Positions 63,017 to 64,000 of a stretch of 64,000 bases of DNA are shown piece after piece. The DNA lies in assembly GCF_006345805.1 (NCBI RefSeq), contig NC_043000.1, positions 107,260,001-107,324,000 of the forward strand, given 5' to 3'. Within the stretch, counting starts at the first letter, position 1, and every line of letters starts with the position of its first letter. This DNA comes from Octopus sinensis. Its lineage: Eukaryota. The translations under genes and the position numbers were made by a program. A model generated the notes under the pieces. The model was not told the DNA's origin. It saw nothing but the letters and a program-made list of their open reading frames with translations, and made no database searches.

Positions 63017-63479
63017 TATATGTGTATATATACCTTTGCCTTTCTTACTTTGCACTTCACTATGTCCCTGTCTTGCTCTTTTTTCTCGCCAATCCTTGAT
63101 TCTTCGATCTACACGCTCTCTCTCTTTCTTTTCCCCTCCTTAATTCCTTTGTTCCTCTTTTTCTCTCTCTTCTCCCCCGCCTTAATTCCTTTGCTCCTCC
63201 TTTTCTCTCTCTTCTCTTCTCACGTGACCGCTGGCCGACTACTAGTCCTTTTGTGTTGGACCACGGTCACGGTCACATTGTTATTTTCCTCTGCCGCAAG
63301 GCTTAATTCTCAACACGCCAGCTGAATTCACTATATATATATATATATATATTATATTATATAATAACAATTTAACAATAAAACATAGCATACATACATA
63401 TATGTACATACCTACATCTATATGTATATATACATGCATATATATATATTATATATATATATATATTATAATATATATA

Positions 63480-63656
63480 TATTAATTAATAAGGGTGAGA
63501 GGATTAGATACTAATTTAATAGTATATCTATTCAACACCAAGTGGCCTAGTGCTCCGAGAAACCTGGATTATTATAATATTTTATAATATATTACAATAT
63601 TTTTACAAAATAAATATAAGAGAGTGGTCACTAGTGAGCCATATAGTGACCACTCT

Positions 63657-63662
<6 letters not shown>
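63480..63662 (+). mobile_element. Diverged relative of the 44.5-44.7 kb segment ending in a 19-bp hairpin
   Basis: AATAAGGGTGA, ACACCAAGT.GCCTAGTG and TAAGAGAG...TGGTCACT are shared. TATAAGAGAGTGGTCACTA/TAGTGACCACTCTCTTATA inverted repeat. Confidence 0.6.
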
Positions 63663-63699
<37 letters not shown>

Positions 63700-63707
<8 letters not shown>

Positions 63708-64000
63708 AGTACAGGACACCACAAATAAACGTAGAACAAACGAGAAACGAAAACATAAAAACAAACAAGGAAACGGACTTTTTATAACAACGAAGAAACA
63801 GAGTACAAGACAAACAATACAAGGAATATTCCCCTTCATCAGCTGCCCCTGGTTCGACTCAATGCGTGTTTCGAAGGTAAGGGCAGAACACGATCCGGCC
63901 GAAGCAATCCTTCCTGCAAAATGAATTAGATAGAATTCTTTTTGCAGAGGGGTAAAAAAGAAAAAAAGTGACAAGAACAGGACGTAAAAGCAATACAAAT
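63700..64000 (-). mobile_element. Penelope-like/pLTR-type repeat, paralog of 52575-52965 (runs off window)
   Basis: See 52575. Confidence 0.65.
63831..63906 (-). ncRNA. Non-circularly permuted hammerhead ribozyme candidate, second copy
   Basis: CGUGU-U|CUGCCC-UUA-CCUUC-GAAACACG-...-GGGCAG-CUGAUGA-AGGGG. Helices I and III are fully paired, with compensatory changes relative to the 52.8 kb copy. Confidence 0.72.

Overview
AT-rich, repeat-dominated eukaryotic DNA. It is most likely an octopod cephalopod (inferred from recalled Octopus SINE families and dense TA/CA/GATA microsatellites). No intact host protein-coding gene can be called, and most ORF-track entries are microsatellite or transposon artefacts. 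The window is a mosaic of tRNA-derived SINEs (three families), RTE and RLE-type LINE remnants, Helitrons (termini and PIF1-helicase remnants), Tc1/mariner elements (DD34D, DD37D, DD41D), hAT, piggyBac and Merlin transposase remnants, several MITEs and minisatellites. The most striking signal is a set of hammerhead ribozyme motifs in microsatellite-embedded, Penelope/retrozyme-like repeats. Two paralogous copies (about 52.8 kb + and 63.85 kb -) have the hammerhead strands in a non-circularly permuted order, supported by compensatory base changes. A 523-nt non-coding monomer at 44.1-45.2 kb carries a minimal type I hammerhead in tandem plus inverted arrangement. Other points of interest are an 843-bp palindromic MITE dimer with an intact 8-bp TSD, a 30-bp minisatellite expanded in frame inside a transposase, and an apparent CpG-depleted domain (about 23-52.5 kb) that may mark a methylated gene body. 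All calls were made by eye. Coordinates are approximate to a few bases unless termini or TSDs are quoted.
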